From Cenarchaeum sp. (GTDB lineage Archaea; Thermoproteota; Nitrososphaeria; Nitrososphaerales; Nitrosopumilaceae), in contig OZ243037.1 in assembly GCA_965212015.1 (NCBI GenBank), positions 480,001 to 544,000 of the forward strand: DNA of 64,000 nucleotides, written 5' to 3'. Within the stretch, counting starts at the first letter, position 1. Each line of letters opens with the position of its first letter. The notes beneath the pieces are model-generated. The model was not told the DNA's origin and searched no databases. It saw only the letters and a program-made list of their open reading frames with translations. This document shows positions 40,143 through 55,100 of this stretch, one piece after another. Made by a program: the position numbers and the translations under genes.

Positions 40143-43100
40143 TTATGGCACCTGAGAACGTGTCGCATCTGCGCCGAATACTATAATGGTCTCATTCAGC
40201 TCGTCAAACGCCGGTTCCGTATAGATTTTCCCGTACAGGGCGTCGCGGAGCCGCTCCATGTTAGTCGTGTGCCAGTCGAGCTTTTCTGAAAATGCGTCGC
40301 ACAGTCTGTTCTCAATGTCCCTGCACGATGACACCATGCTCGGAGTCGGCCTGTCCACATAGCGCCACGTGTCCCACTCGTTCTTGGTCCATGTGTCGCC
40401 GAACTGGTCAGTCCAGACATCGGATAGCTTGTCAGTCCTGGTCAGCTGTATTACCAAGGGTTCTGACTGGGAGGCGCTTTTCGTGCTGCGCGTCACTACC
40501 GGCAGCTCGTTGAGCGTCTCGCCCTGCACCAGGATTCCCTCGTTGAGATAGTTTATCGTTCCGCGCAGCTTGTAGTCAGTTGCGTGTATGGCAAACGGCA
40601 CGTGGTACATTTCCTCGCGGAACAGTACGCCCGTTATGTCAAGCCGTATGCAGTCAAGCTCGGGATCTGCTGGCAGGCACCTTACCTGTGACACTGCAAA
40701 TGTGGCGTTCTGGCCTATTACATTGTTCTTGTTCGCATAGCTAATCTTGTCTATAGAATGGGTGGATGGTTCCGTGTAATTGCGCACCAAATCTATTGTG
40801 ATTACTGCCTCTGCATTGTTTATCGGCGCGCCAATGTCCGGCACGCCAAAGGCCAGCTCGAACTGCTTTACGCCCCGCTGTGCGTACGTCTTTAGCGCAA
40901 AGTCGTGGGTGGAGTTTGTCTGGATTGTCTGCCTGGTATAGTTTACGTGGTAATCCAGCACGTCTGTGCACCGCCCGTCAATTGAATATCCGCAGGAGAC
41001 TATCGGGTCGCCTGTAATGTGCGAGCTTCCAAAGGTGGGCTTTGTGCGCCATCCGGGGTCGCCGGTCCGGTCAGAAAAGCCGTCATTGGTCACGGCAAGG
41101 TCTGCAAAGTCCGCAAGTGGGTTTGTCGCCCTGTCATTTATGTTTCCTGACGTCTGCACGTACGAGACTGTCGGCAGGTCGGACTCTTCTATTATACCGT
41201 CCAGGAACAGGTTCATCCTGCTGCCGGATACGGATATCGAGGATACCGCCGGGCCTGATGCCACGCCGGATATGGTAAAGTCAGACGCCGCCGCACTGTC
41301 ATCAGATACCGGCTCTGACATTGCAAGGCGGATGACAGAGGTGCCCGTCACCCTGCCGCCAGTTGCGGCAGGCGCGACCGTATCAAACGTAATGGTCACG
41401 GGAATCGATGCCGCATTGGGGTTTCCCGCAGCATCAGTTGCCACGTTCCCGGGTATCTGCACGCGTACTGTGCCATCTGAGCTGCCGCGAACCACCTCAA
41501 AGGTATAGGCGGTGGAATTTACCGCCTCAAAGCCCGATGCCTCCGGATTGCGGCCGTTTGCGGTGCCGCCCACGTTAATTCCCGTGGCGTTAAAGCCGTT
41601 TACCTGCATGTCAAAGACCACGGTATACAGGATGGCCGGGCCGTTGGTAAACGAGGTGGCATTGGCAGTTATTATCGGAAGCGGCCTGTCGGTGTCGATG
41701 GTAATGGTGATTGTATTTGATGCCGTATTGTTGTTTCCCGCAAAGTCTTGTGCAATGTTTGCCGGTATGGACACCGTTATGGTGCCCCCGGAGCTGCGGC
41801 GGTTTACATCAAAGGTATAGCTTGCACCTGTACCCTCAAAGGCGTCGATTCTCGCACTGGCAGTTCCCCCGAGCACAATGTCATCCTCATCAAAGCCCCT
41901 CACGTCCATGTCAAACACTACCATAAAGGGCAGTCTTACGGCAGAGGTGACAAGCGAGGCGGTAGTGGACAGGGTGGGCTCAGGCGGCGTGGTGTCTAAA
42001 TCGTTGGTGGCTGTTTGGCCTGCAAAGTCCGCAAGCGGGTTTTCCGCCAGATCCTCGATGGCTGCGGTTCCCGTATAGGATATTACGGGATTGTCTGCAT
42101 CCGTTATGGAGTCGTCCAGGTTCAGGGTTATTGTGCTGCCGGCAATGTCAATCGATGAGACTGCCGGGTTTGTCGCCACACCGGTTATGGCAAAGTCAGA
42201 TGCCGCGCCGCCGGATTCGGAGAGTAACTCGGATATGGTCAGTATAATGGTGTCAGTGTCAAGTACGGTGGCGTCAGTTACAGTCGGCGCTATCCTGTCG
42301 AGCGTATGTACGAGCGTGTCAGACGCGTCATTTGTATTTTCGGCGCCGTCCATTACGGAATTTTCCAGTATTGACACCATTAGTTCGCCCTCTAATACCC
42401 CATGTGTCACGCCAAAGGTATAGGTGTCACCTGCACCCGGGACGGGCTCTGGCGCCGTCAGGGGGGTGCCGTCTATTAACACGCGGATGTCGTTCCCATC
42501 AAAGCCGCTCACAGACTCGCCAAAGTCCACCGTGTATGGTATGGTCGCAAGGTTGGTGGGCGAGTCAATATCGGTGGAGAGATCCGCGCGCACGCGGCCC
42601 GTATCGACTGTGAGGGTTATCATGCCGGATGCGGCATTGCCGTTATTCGCCATGTCCCGTGCGGCGTTCTCCCGTATCGATACGGTTACCGGCCCGTCGG
42701 ATGTGGCAACTAGATCAAACTCGTAAAGGATCTCATCGCTTGTGGTGGGCTGCCGGGCCGTTGCGGCACCCTCGATTATAATGTCGTTTCTGTCAAATCC
42801 GCGCACCACCTCGTCGAATCGCACGGTAAACGGTATGGTTCGCAATTTCGTATCGCCTGATTCCGTGCTGGCAAACATCAGTGTAGGCGATACGGTGTCA
42901 AATGTTATCTCTAGGCGGTCAGATGCGACGTTCTGGTTTCCCGCCATGTCCGTTGCCCTGTTTTCGGGTATGGACACTATTACGTTGCCATCAGAGCCGT
43001 CGCGCTCCACATCAAAGGTATAGGTGGCATCATCCACTGTGACAAAGTTCGATGTCTCGGGATTGCCGTTGTTTGCGGATCCCTCCACCATTATATCCCC

Positions 43101-46100
43101 TTCAGTAAAGCCGACCACATCCATGTCAAACTCCACCATATAGGATACCGTGGGGCTGTTCGTATGCGTGACGGCGCCCGGCTCGGATGTTATTGTTAAT
43201 GTGGGTACGGGCCTGGTGGTGTCAAGATCGTTTTCGGCCATTTGATTTGCAAAGTCTGCAAGCCGGTTTTCCGCAGCATCCTCGATATCTATTGTTCCGG
43301 TGTAGGAGATTAGCGGCGAGTCGGCATCCGTTATGAGGCCGTTCAGATCCAGCGTTATTGTATTTCCGGTGATGCCAATGGAAGAGACCGACGGGTTTGT
43401 CGCCACGCCGGATATGGTAAAGTCAGATGCCGCACCGCCAGAGACGGGCTCGGATATCTCCAGTATGATGGTGTCAGTATCAGATGCGGTGGCGCCAGTT
43501 ACCGTCGGCGCTATCCTGTCTATCATGCGTGAAATAGTGTTGGATGCGGTGTTTGTATTGCTGTCCATGTCAGTTGCAGCGCCGGCGCGAATCGACACCC
43601 TCAGTTCTCCCTCGTCGACATTGTGGGTTACGGTAAACGTGTAGGTAATATCGTCATTGGTGACGGGGTTTGATGCCGTTAATGTAGCGCCGTCTATGGA
43701 TGCGTCAATGCCGCTCCTATCAAAGCCGCTCACATCCTCGGTAAAGACCACCATGTACGGTATTACTGCAAGGTTGGTAGGCGAGTCAATGTCGGTGGAT
43801 AAAGTGGGTACCGGGGCCGTGGTGTCTATATCATTGGTGGCTGCTTGGTTTGCAAAGTCTGCAAGCCGGTTTGTAGCCGGATCCTCGATGCCTCCGGCAG
43901 TTCTCGTATAGGCGACTATGGGATTGTCGGCATCAGTCAGGGGCTGGGACAGGCTCAGCTCTATTGAGCTGCCAGATACCGCAATGGAGGATACGGCGGG
44001 GTTTGATGCGGCGCTGGATATGGCAAAGTCAGAGGCGACTGCGTTGATATCAGATACCGGCTCTGAGAGATCGAGCCGGATTATGTTCGGGTTTACTACC
44101 TCGGCGCCGGTTACGGTAGGCGGCGTGGCATCTATTACGATTTCAAGCGGCGTTGATGCAAAGCTGAGGTTATCATCCACATCGCGCGCGGCACCCTCCA
44201 GTATGGTGACGGTGACCGTACCGTCGGATGCCCCTCGGGTGACAACAAATTCATAGTTTATGCCGCCGCCCGTCGGTTCTGCCGCCGTGCCGCCGGAGGT
44301 TCCCGTGACGCTTATACCCGTGGAGTTGAATCTGGTTACCGGCTCGCTGAATTGTACTGCATATGTTATGGTCTGGGAGTTTGTGGGATTCGATGACGTG
44401 GTGGTAAAGGCAGTTACCGACGGCCTCGTGGTGTCTATATCGTTGGTGGCGGGTTCATTTGCAAAGTCTGCAAGCGGGTTTTTTGCAGTGTCGTTTATGC
44501 TTCCTGCGGTTCTGGTATAGGAGACCAGCGGCACATCGGCATCCGTTATGAGGCGATTCAGATCCAGTGTTACTGTACTGCCAGATACCGTAATCGAGGA
44601 TACAGCCGGGTTTGTTGCCACATTAGATATGACAAAGTCAGATGCAGTTGCGGAATCATCAGATACCGGCTCTGATATATCCAGTATAATGGTGTCAGTG
44701 TCAGATACGGTGGCGCCAGTTACAGTAGGCGGTGTGGCGTCTGTCATGATTTCAACCGGTGAGGATGCAAAGCTGAGGTTATTATCCACATCGCGCGCGG
44801 CGCCCTCCAGAATCGTGACGGTGACCGTACCGTCAGATGCCCCTCGGGTGACAACAAATTCATAGTCCCTGCCCGTACCCGTCGGTTCTGCCGCCGTGCC
44901 GCCGGAGGTTCCCGTGATGCTTATACCCGTGGAGTTGAATCTGGTTACCGGCTCGCTGAATTGTACTGCATATGTTATGGTCTGGGAGTTTGTGGGGTTC
45001 GATGATGTGGTGGTAAAGGAAGTTACCGTCGGCCTCGTGGTGTCAAGATTGTTGGTAACCGATTCGTTTGCAAAGTCTGCAAGCGGGTTTTCCGCAGCAT
45101 CTTCGATATCTACTGTTCCGGTGTATGAGACTGCGGGATTGTCAGCATCCGTTATGAGGTCGTTTAGATCCAGGGTTACTGTACTGCCGGTGATGTCAAT
45201 CGAGGCGACCGACGGGCCTGATGCTACACCGTTTATGGTAAAGTCAGATGCCGCGCCGCCAGAGACGGGCTCGGATATCTCCAGTATAATGGTGTCAGTA
45301 TCAGATACGGTGGCGCCAGTTACAGTCGGCGGCGTGGCATCTATTACGATTTCAACTGGTGATGATGCAAAGCTGAGGTTATTATCCACATCGCGCGCGG
45401 CGCCCTCCAGTATAGTGACAGTTACGATCCCGTCGGATGCTCCTCGGGTGACAACAAATTCATAGTCCCTGCCCGTACCCGTCGGTTCTGCCGCCGTGCC
45501 GCCGGAGGTTCCCGTGACGCCGATGCCGGCTGCGCTAAAGCCGGTGACGGACTCGCTGAATTGTACTGCATATGTTATGGTCTGGGAGTTTGTGGGGTTT
45601 GATGATGTGGTGGTAAAGGAGGTTACCGTCGGCCTCGTGGTGTCAAGATTATTCATTACTGCCTGGTTTGCAAAGTTTGCAAGCGGGTTTGTCGCCGGAT
45701 CCTCGATGCTGCCGGTCGTTCCAGTATAGGAGAGCAGCGGCAAGTCGGCATCCGTTATGGAATCATCCAGGTTCAGGGTTATTGTGCTGCCGGATACTGC
45801 AATCGAGTCAACCTCCGGGCCAGAGTTTACGCCAGAGATAGCAAAGTCGAATGCTATACCGCCGGAGACGGATTCGGATATCCCCAGTATAATGGTGTCA
45901 GTATCAGATACCGAGGCGCTAACCACCGTCGGCGCTATCCTGTCGACCGTGTGTACAAGCTCGTTTGATGCGGTATTGTTGTTTCCCGCATTATCCGTTG
46001 TGACATTTTCCGGTATTGACACCACTAGTTCGCCCTCGTTTGTACCGTGTGTTACGTCAAACGTGTAGGTGTTGTCCGCACCCGGGACGGGACTTGATGC

Positions 46101-49100
46101 CGTCAGGGGACTGCCGTCTATGGATGCGCTGATATCACCGGCAACAAAGTCGTTTACCTGTTCGTTAAATGCCACGGTATATGATATGGATTCAAGGTTG
46201 GTGGGCAAGTCATCTACGGTGAGGGAGGTTATCTCAACAGTAGGACGTTCCGTATCCACCGTGAGGGCTATGGTCTCCGATTCGGCATTGCCGTTATCCG
46301 CCATGTCCCGTGCGGCATTCTCCCGTATCGATACGGTTACCGGCCCGTCGGATGTGGCAACTAAATCAAACTCGTAAAAGATATCATCGCTTGTGGTGGG
46401 CGTATTGGCAGTCGCGGATCCCTCGATTATAATGTCGTTTCTGTCAAATCCGCCCACCTCCTCACTAAAGGTCACGTTAAACGGTATGGTCCGTAGTCTA
46501 GTGTCGCCGGATTCCGCGCTGGCAAGCGTCAGCGTCGGCGATATGGTGTCAAATATTATCTCTAGGCGATCCGATGCGACGTTTTGGTTGCCTGATCTAT
46601 CCGTCGCCCTGTCTGCAGGTATGAATACCATTACATTACCGTCAGAGCTGTCGCGTTCCACATCAAAGGTATAGATGGAACCGCTCACTGTGACAAAGGT
46701 CGTTACTTCGGGATTGCCGCCGTCTGCGGATCCTGACACCTCAATGTCATCCATATCAAAGCCGTCCACGTCCATGTCAAATTCCACCCTGTAAGATACC
46801 TCGGGGCCGTTCGTATGCGTGGCTCCCGGGTCGGATGTTATTGTTAACGTGGGTACGGGCCCCGTGGTGTCAATTTCATTTTCCACTGTGCGGTCTGTGA
46901 ATGCGGCAAGCGGGTTTTCCGCCAGATCCTCGATGCTGCCAGCCGTTCCGGTATAAGATATTACGGGATTATCCGCATCAGTTATGAGGCTATTCAAGTC
47001 CAGGGTTATTGTACTGCCGGTGATGACAATCGAGGCGACCGACGGGTTTGTTGCCACACCAGAGATGGTAAAGTCAGATGTCACACCGACTGATTCTGAT
47101 TCGGAGAGTAATTCGGATATGTCCAGTATGATGGTGTCAGTATCGGATACAGAAGCGCCAGTTACAGTAGGCGCTATCCTGTCTATCGTGTGTGAAATAG
47201 TGTTGGATGCGGTGCTTGTGTTGCTGTCCATGTCCGTTGCAGCGCCGGCACGAATCGACACCTGCAGTTCGCCCTCGTTGACGTTGTGGGTTACGGTAAA
47301 CGTGTAGGTAGTGTCGTCATCGGTGACGGGCTCTGATGCCGTTAATGAGGCGCCGTCTATGGATGCGTCAATGCCGTTCCCATCAAAGCCGCTCACCGCC
47401 TCGGTAAATTCCACCATGTATGGTATTACTGCAAGGTTGGTAGGCGAGTCAATTTCAGTGGATAAAGTGGGTACCGGGTCCGTGGTGTCGATATCGTTGG
47501 TGACTGTAAAGCCGGCAAAGTCTGCAAGCCGGTTTGTCGCAGGATCCTCTATGCCTCCTGTAGTCCGGGTATAGGAGACCGTGGGATTGTCGGCATCAGT
47601 CAGGGACGGGGTCAGGCTCAGCTCTATTGAGCTGCCAGATACCGCAATGGAGGATACGGCGGGGTTTGATGCGGCACCGGCGATGGCAAAGTCAGAGGCG
47701 ACGGCATTATTATCAGATATCGGCTCTGAGAGATCGAGCCTGATTATGTTCGGGTTTAGCACCTCGGCGCCAGTTACCGTCGGCGGCGTGGCATCTATTA
47801 CGATTTCAACCGGTGAGGATGCAAAGCTGAGGTTATCATCCGCATCGCGCGCGGCACCCTCCATTATCGTGACAGTTACAGTCCCGTCTGAAATACCTCG
47901 GGTGACAGTAAATTCATAGTCTCTGCCGGCACCCGTCGGTTCATTCGCCGTGCCGCCGGAGGTTCCCGTGACGTCGATGCCGGCTGCGCTAAAGCCGGTG
48001 ACGGACTCGCTGAATTGTACTGTATATGTTATGGTCTGCGAGTTTGTGGGATTCGATGATGTGGTGGTAAAGTCAGTTACCGACGGCCTCGTGGTGTCAA
48101 GATTGTTGGTAACCGATTCGTTTGCAAAGTCTGCAAGCGGGTTTTTCGCCAGATCCTCGATGGCGGCGGTTCCCGTATAGGATATTACGGGATTGTCCGC
48201 ATCAGTTATGAGGCCGTTTAGATCAAGGGTTATCGTGCTGCCGGCAATGTCAATCGATGAGACCGACGGATTTGTTGCCACACCAGAGATGGCAAAGTCA
48301 GATGCCGCGCCGCCAGATTCGGAGAGTAATTCGGATATGGTCAGTACGATGGTGTCAGTATCGGATACCGAGGCGCCAGTTACAGTCGGCGGCGTGGCAT
48401 CTACTGTTATTTCAACCGGTGAGGATGCAAAGCTGAGGTTATCATCCGCATCGCGCGCGGCACCCTCCATTATCGTGACAGTTACGGTCCCGTCTGAAAT
48501 ACCTCGGGTGACAGTAAAGGTATAGTCTGTTCCGCTGCCCGTCGGTTCTGCCGCCGTGCCGCCGGAGGTTCCCGATACGTCAATTCCCGTGGCGTCAAAT
48601 CCGGTGACTGTTTCGCTGAATTGTACTGTATACGTGATGGTCTGGGAGTTTGTGGGATCGGGTGATTCTGTCCCAAAGGATGTAATCGCCGGCCGCGTGG
48701 TGTCGATTTCATTGTCCACTGCGCGGTCTGTGAATGCGGCAAGCGGGTTTGTAGCCGGATCCTCGATGCTGCCAGCCGTTCCGGTATAGGAGACCAGCGG
48801 TGAGTCTTCATCCGTTATGGAATCGTCCAGGTTCAGGGTTATTGTACTGCCGGTGATGACAATCGAGGCGACCGACGGGTTTGTTGCCACACCAGAGATG
48901 GTAAAGTCAGATGGCACACCGCCAGATACTGGTTCGGAGATCTCAAGCGTGATGGTGCTAGTGTCAAGTACGGAGGCGGCAATTACCGTCGGCGCTATCC
49001 TGTCGATTGTATGTACAAGTATGTTGGATGCGGTATTGTTGTTTCCCGCATCATCCGTCGCGACATTTTCCGGTATTGACACAGTCAACATGCCCTCGTT

Positions 49101-52100
49101 GGAGTTGTGAGCTACCACATAGGTCTGTGTGTCGCCGATGGTCAGAACGGGGCCTGTCACAGTCGGGGTACTGCCGTCTATGGATGCGGTAATATCAGCT
49201 GCAGTAAAGCCGTTTATTGACTCTCTAAAGGTCACGGTATATGATATGGATTCAAGGTTGGTGGGCAAGTCGGTGACGGTGGAGGAGGCTATCTCAACAG
49301 ATGGACGTTCCGTATCCACCGCAAAGGCTATGGTTCCGGATGCCGCATTGCCGTTATCTGCCACATCCCGTACAGCATCCACCCGTATCGATACTGTCAC
49401 ATCACCGTCTGCGGTGGCAACTATATCAAACATGTACAGGATGTTATCGTCCGTGGTGGGCGTATTTGCAGTCGCGGATCCCACGATTGTTATATCGTCT
49501 GTATCAAAGTCGTCCACCCGCTCGCTAAAGGTCGCGTTAACAGGTATGATACGCAGTCGCGTATCACCTGATTCCGTGCTGGCAAGCGTCAGTGTGGGCG
49601 GTGCAGTGTCAAATGTTATCTCTAGGCGATTCGATGCGACGTTCTGGTTTCCCGACCCGTCTATCGCCATGTCTGCAGGTATGAATACTATTACATTACC
49701 GTCAGAGTCGCCGCGCTCCACATCAAAGGTGTATTCGTCCCCATCCACTGTGACAAAGTTTGATGCCTCGGGATTGCCGTTGTTTGCGGATCCCTCCACC
49801 TCAATGTCATTTCTGTCAAAGCCGGTCACGTCCATATCAAAGGTTACCATATAGGACACCGTGATACTGTTCGTATGCGTAGAGCCCGGGTCGGAGGTTA
49901 TTGTTAATGTGGGTACGGGTCCCGTGGTGTCAATTTCATTTTCCACTGCGCGGTTTGTGAATGCGGCAAGCGGGTTTTCCGCCAGATCCTCGATGCTGCC
50001 AGCCGTTCCGGTATAGGAGACCAGCGGCAAGTCTGCATCCGTTATGGAATCGTCCAGGTTCAGGGTTATTGTGCTGCCGGTGATGTCAATGGAGGAAACC
50101 GACGGGTTTGTTGCCACACCAGAGATGGCAAAATCAGATGCCACACCGCCGGACTCGGAGAGTGATTCTGATATGTCCAGTATAATGGTGTCAGTATCAG
50201 ATACCGAGGCACCAGTTACCGTCGGCGCTATCCTGTCGATTGTATGTACAAGTATGTTGGATGCGGTATTGTTGTTTCCCGCATTATCCGTTGCGACATT
50301 TTCCGGTATTGACACCGTCAGTATGCCCTCGTTGGAGTTGTGAGTTACCATATAGGTCTGTGTGTTGCCAATGGTCGAAATGGGGCCTGTCACAGTCGGG
50401 GTACTGCCGGCTATGGATGCGGTAATATCGCCGGCATCAAAGTCGTTTACCTCCTCTCTGAATTCCACGGTATACGATATGGATTCAGAGTTGGTGGGCG
50501 ATGTTGTTAAAGTTGATATGCCAACAGACGGACGTTCCGTATCTACCATAAAGGCGACAGTCTCTGATTCGGCATTGCGGTTTCCCGCCGCATCTCGCGC
50601 GGCATTCTCCCGTATCGATACTGTCACATCACCGTCGGCGGTGGCAATCACATCAAACATGTACAGGATGTTATCGTCAGTAGTGGGCGCACCGGCAGTC
50701 GCGGATCCCACGATTATAATGTCGTCTGCACCAAAGTCGTCCACCCGCTCGCTAAAGGTCACGTTAACAGGTATGGTTCGCAATCGTGTGTCGCCGGACT
50801 CCGTGCTGGCAAGCATTGCCGTCGGCGATAGGGTGTCAAATGTTATCTCTAGCCTGCTTGATGCTATATTCTGGTTTCCCGCCATGTCCGTTGCCCTGTT
50901 TTCGGGTATGGACACTATGACATTGCCATCAGAGTTATCCCGCTCCACATCAAAGGTATAGGTGGCATCATCCACTGTGACAAAGTTCGATGTCTCGGGA
51001 TTGCCGTTGTTTGCGGATCCCTCCACCATTATATCCCCTTCAATAAATCCGACTACGTCCATGTCAAACTCCACCATATAGGATACCGTGGTACTGTTCG
51101 TATGCGTGACGGCGCCCGGCTCGGATGTTATTGTTAATGTGGGTACGGGCCGAGTGGTGTCTAGATCGTTTGTTGCTATTTGGTTTGCAAAGTCTGCAAG
51201 CGGGTTTGTCGCCAGATCCTCGATGCTGCCGGCATTTCTGGTATAGGATACCACGGGGTCATCGGCATCAGTTATGAGACTGCTCAGGGTCAGGGTTATC
51301 GTACTGCCGGATACTGCAATCGAGGTGACCGTAGGTGTTGATGCCACGCCGTTTATGGTAAAGTCGGCGGCAGTCGCGGATCTGTCAAAGACTGTCTCTG
51401 ACACGTCAAGGCGGATGATGCCGGTGCTAATCACAGAGGCGGAAGTAACTGTTGGCGCTATCCTGTCTATTGTGATGGCAAGCGATTCTGATGCGGTATT
51501 GTTGTTTCCCGCATTATCCGTTGTGACGTTCTCCGGTATTGACACGGTCAATATTCCCTCGTTGACGCCATGAGCTATGTTAAACGTGTAAATTATACCG
51601 TCATCAGAGACGGGATTTGTTGCCGTCAGGTCGTTGTCGTCTATTGATGCATCAATGTCGGCTGCAACAAAGCCGTTTACCTGCTCGCCAAAGTCCACCG
51701 TATACGGTATTACTGCAAGTTTGGTAGGCGAGTCAATTTCGGTGGAAAGAGCCGCGCGCGCACGATCCGTATCCACCGTGCGGGCAACATCCCCGGATGC
51801 CACGTTATCGTTTTCCGCCGCATCCTGCGCCACATCTGCCGGTATCTGTACGCTCACTAGCCCGTCGGCAGTGGCCACTATATCAAAATTGTATACGGAA
51901 TCGCTTTCTGCCTCAAAGCTGTCCTCATCAACGTCTGCCAGTCCCGTCACGGTAATGCCCGTATGGTTAAAGCCGGTTACGGGCTCGCCGAAATCAACGG
52001 TAAACGGTATGGTACGGGAGTTTGTATCTTCCGGCGAGGTGCTAGTCAGGGTCGGTATCGGCGCTATTCTGTCAATTGTATGGTTGAGCCTGTTTGAGGC

Positions 52101-55100
52101 CAGATTCTTGTTCAGACTACGGAACTCGTTTGCCACGCCTTCCGGTATGAAAACGGACACAACGCCCTCCACACTATTATGTGATACGTCAAACGTATAG
52201 GAGTCATCGTCGATTTCGACAAAGTTTTCAACCACGCCGTTTGCACTTCCGGACACCTCGATTCCCGTGTCATTAAAGTTGGTTACAGAATCGCTAAACT
52301 CCACCATATATGATATGGTCAAAAGGTTGGTAGGCGAGGTGACAGTAGAGTTTATGACCGGAACAGGCTGGCCGTCAATAAACGTACTTGCCAATCGGGA
52401 TGCCTCGTTTGGATGTCCGAATTCGTCAGTTGCAACCCCCCTGTCAATGGTTATGTCTATGGTGCCATCAGAGGCCCCGCGCTCCACATTAAAGGAATAT
52501 GACGCACCAGAGCCGGTAAAATTGGAGATTTCCGGATTGGCACCGTTTACGGCTCCCCCCAGAGTGATATCATCGGCCGTAAAACCGGTCAACGGCCTGG
52601 TAAAGTTTATTTGAACTGGCAGGGACAAACCGCGAAAAATACTGATTATATTATCTTCAACTGGCAGTGTTATGACCGGTGCGGACAGCATGGTAAATGG
52701 TACTCCAATGTTGTATTCGTTAATGCGGTCATTGGCAGTTTCTGCCACAAACATTTTGTAGCCGTTTGGAGAGAATACCACGCCTACCGGCTCGTCTCCC
52801 TGATCAGCGACGGCATAGACTCCGGAAAAAGCAATAGTGGACAGATCAAGATTGGATTCGAACGTATATTCGACAATCGTATCGTCCCTTTGCGAGTCTC
52901 CGCTGCTATCCACGATGAACAACTTGCGGTCATCGTCGGAAATCCGTATGTCCTGTGCAAATTCCACGTGTTCAGATATGTTGCGGAACTGAGTCGAGCC
53001 GATGGAGCTGATACCAAAATTTGTGTCTAGCGTAAATTCATAGACCGTATCGGTCGGACTGGTGCCTTTGCTAGTCACAACATACATCTTGTCCCCGTTT
53101 GCAGAAAAATCAAGCCCCCGTATAGTCAGAGGTTGTGTGTCAGGATTACCTGCAAAAAACGGAGCTATGTCAAAGGATACTGGTGTGCCGATAGGATCTG
53201 CCGAAAATTTGTTTTGAAGCGGATATCGATGGATGTCACCGTCGGATTCTATAATAAACATGTTGCCGCCATCGTTGTCAAACACAACGTCGATTGCACG
53301 AGAGGTGCCATCTAGGAATCGATCATCCGTAAAAATTTCGAGAACAGACAAGTCAAAGGCGGGTAATCTAAGGGAGGTCTCATAAATACGGTCCGAGTTG
53401 TATACATGAAACAGGTTTCTTCCGTTATCGGAGAAATATATTCCACGTATATCATCTTGGAAGTTTGCCGCATTACGGGAATGAACAAATTCATAGATGG
53501 GCAGCCTCAGGGCGGCAGTCCTGGTAACAATGTTTGTTCCGTCACATATGGTAATATCCATGCTGCCGGTGCTGCCCGGATTGTGCGGAACATTGACACT
53601 TATCATCCCGTTTGGCAAAAGATTCTCAACTGTCAGAAAATCGGTGACAGGGTTAGAATAGGTGAGTACGTCGCCGTCCTCATCGGATGAAAACACGTTC
53701 AAGTCTATGGTGGATGCGCCCTTGTACAGCAGGACGGTGGGGATTACGGGATCGTTGTTGTCCGGCCTGTTCTGGCTTGTCACAGTCAGGGTGTACTGTA
53801 CGGATATGGTGTTTGCAGGATCGACAAAGCCGTCATCAGACACCAGCACATCAAACGTAAAGGATCTGCTTCCCCCCTCGCATCCGACTACATCGTACGG
53901 GACTGATCCCTGGAGTGTTACCGGGATTCGTCCCGGGAGTGTTCCCTGGATTGTTCCCGACAGGCGCCCCACGTTGTCTGTCAAATCGTCTGGAATTTCG
54001 ATTCCCAGCCAGTCCGGTGCGCCATCGAGCCTGTACGATAAAATATCCAGGTTTATGTCAGATACGGAAAAGTCAATTTGTTCAGAGTCAATGACGGTTC
54101 CCTCCGGTATTGTCGCCGCATCCGGTATGGTTACAAACCTAGGCAGGCTCGGTGTAGTGTCTGGCCCACGCAGCGTCATGCTCAGCGGTATATAGTCCTC
54201 CCCGTTGCATACGCCGTACGTGAGCTCGCTTGGCGTACTTCCCGGATTTTGCGTTATGGAAAGAATGCCTGCCTCATCGACTGATGCCGCAGAAATTATG
54301 CCGCCGGGGGATACGGCCGCATCATGGTATGTCAGGGTATCGTCGTCTTTATCTGTGGTATACAGGGACAGGTCGATAGTCGTTGCACTGGCACGAATGC
54401 TCAGGGAATCAACGGTGGCACGCGACGGGGAGTTTGAGGGATTCGGCGAGCTTGTCACGACAAGTTCATATTCTAGTACCGCGTTATCCGACTCTATGCC
54501 GGTAAACCCGTCATCAGATGCCAGTACATTAAATTCTAGTCTATCATTAGCAGAGCATAATACGACATTATACGGTATGATGCCCTCAAGCTGTCCCGTG
54601 TTTGTGTCAATTGACATCCAGCTAGGAGCACCAAACAGCCTGTATGTTATTTGTCCTCCATCTATATCAATGGCAGTAAACTTTAGTCTAGGTTCGTCTC
54701 CAAGATCAGTGCCCTCAGGCAGGCTCACAGATGGCGAATTTTGAAAGACCGGTGGTGATGTGTTTTCCACATATTCATAAACGCGGTTGTGCTGCGTGCC
54801 TGTAATGAACATCCTGGTGCCGTCAGCTGAAAACTCTATGCCCGACAGTGATGAATCCCGATCTATGGTACGACTGCCACGAAGATCATCACTGACAATA
54901 GCATTTTCATTGCCATTATATTCACTGATGATGTTATCACGTATGACGAACACCCTTTCGTAGTCATCCGCGATTGCAACATCCTGATGCATGTGTGCCG
55001 ACAGATGACTGCTAATAGGATTGAATAAGGCGACAAAATCAATGCTGCGGATATCAAAATTATCTCTCATGGGATACACATAATAGTTTGGATCATTTCC

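Noticed and set aside
17181-41065. Near-identical C-terminal copies as a DGR template/variable repeat pair
   Set aside because: There is no reverse transcriptase in the window, both copies are coding, and the differences are not visibly adenine-specific.
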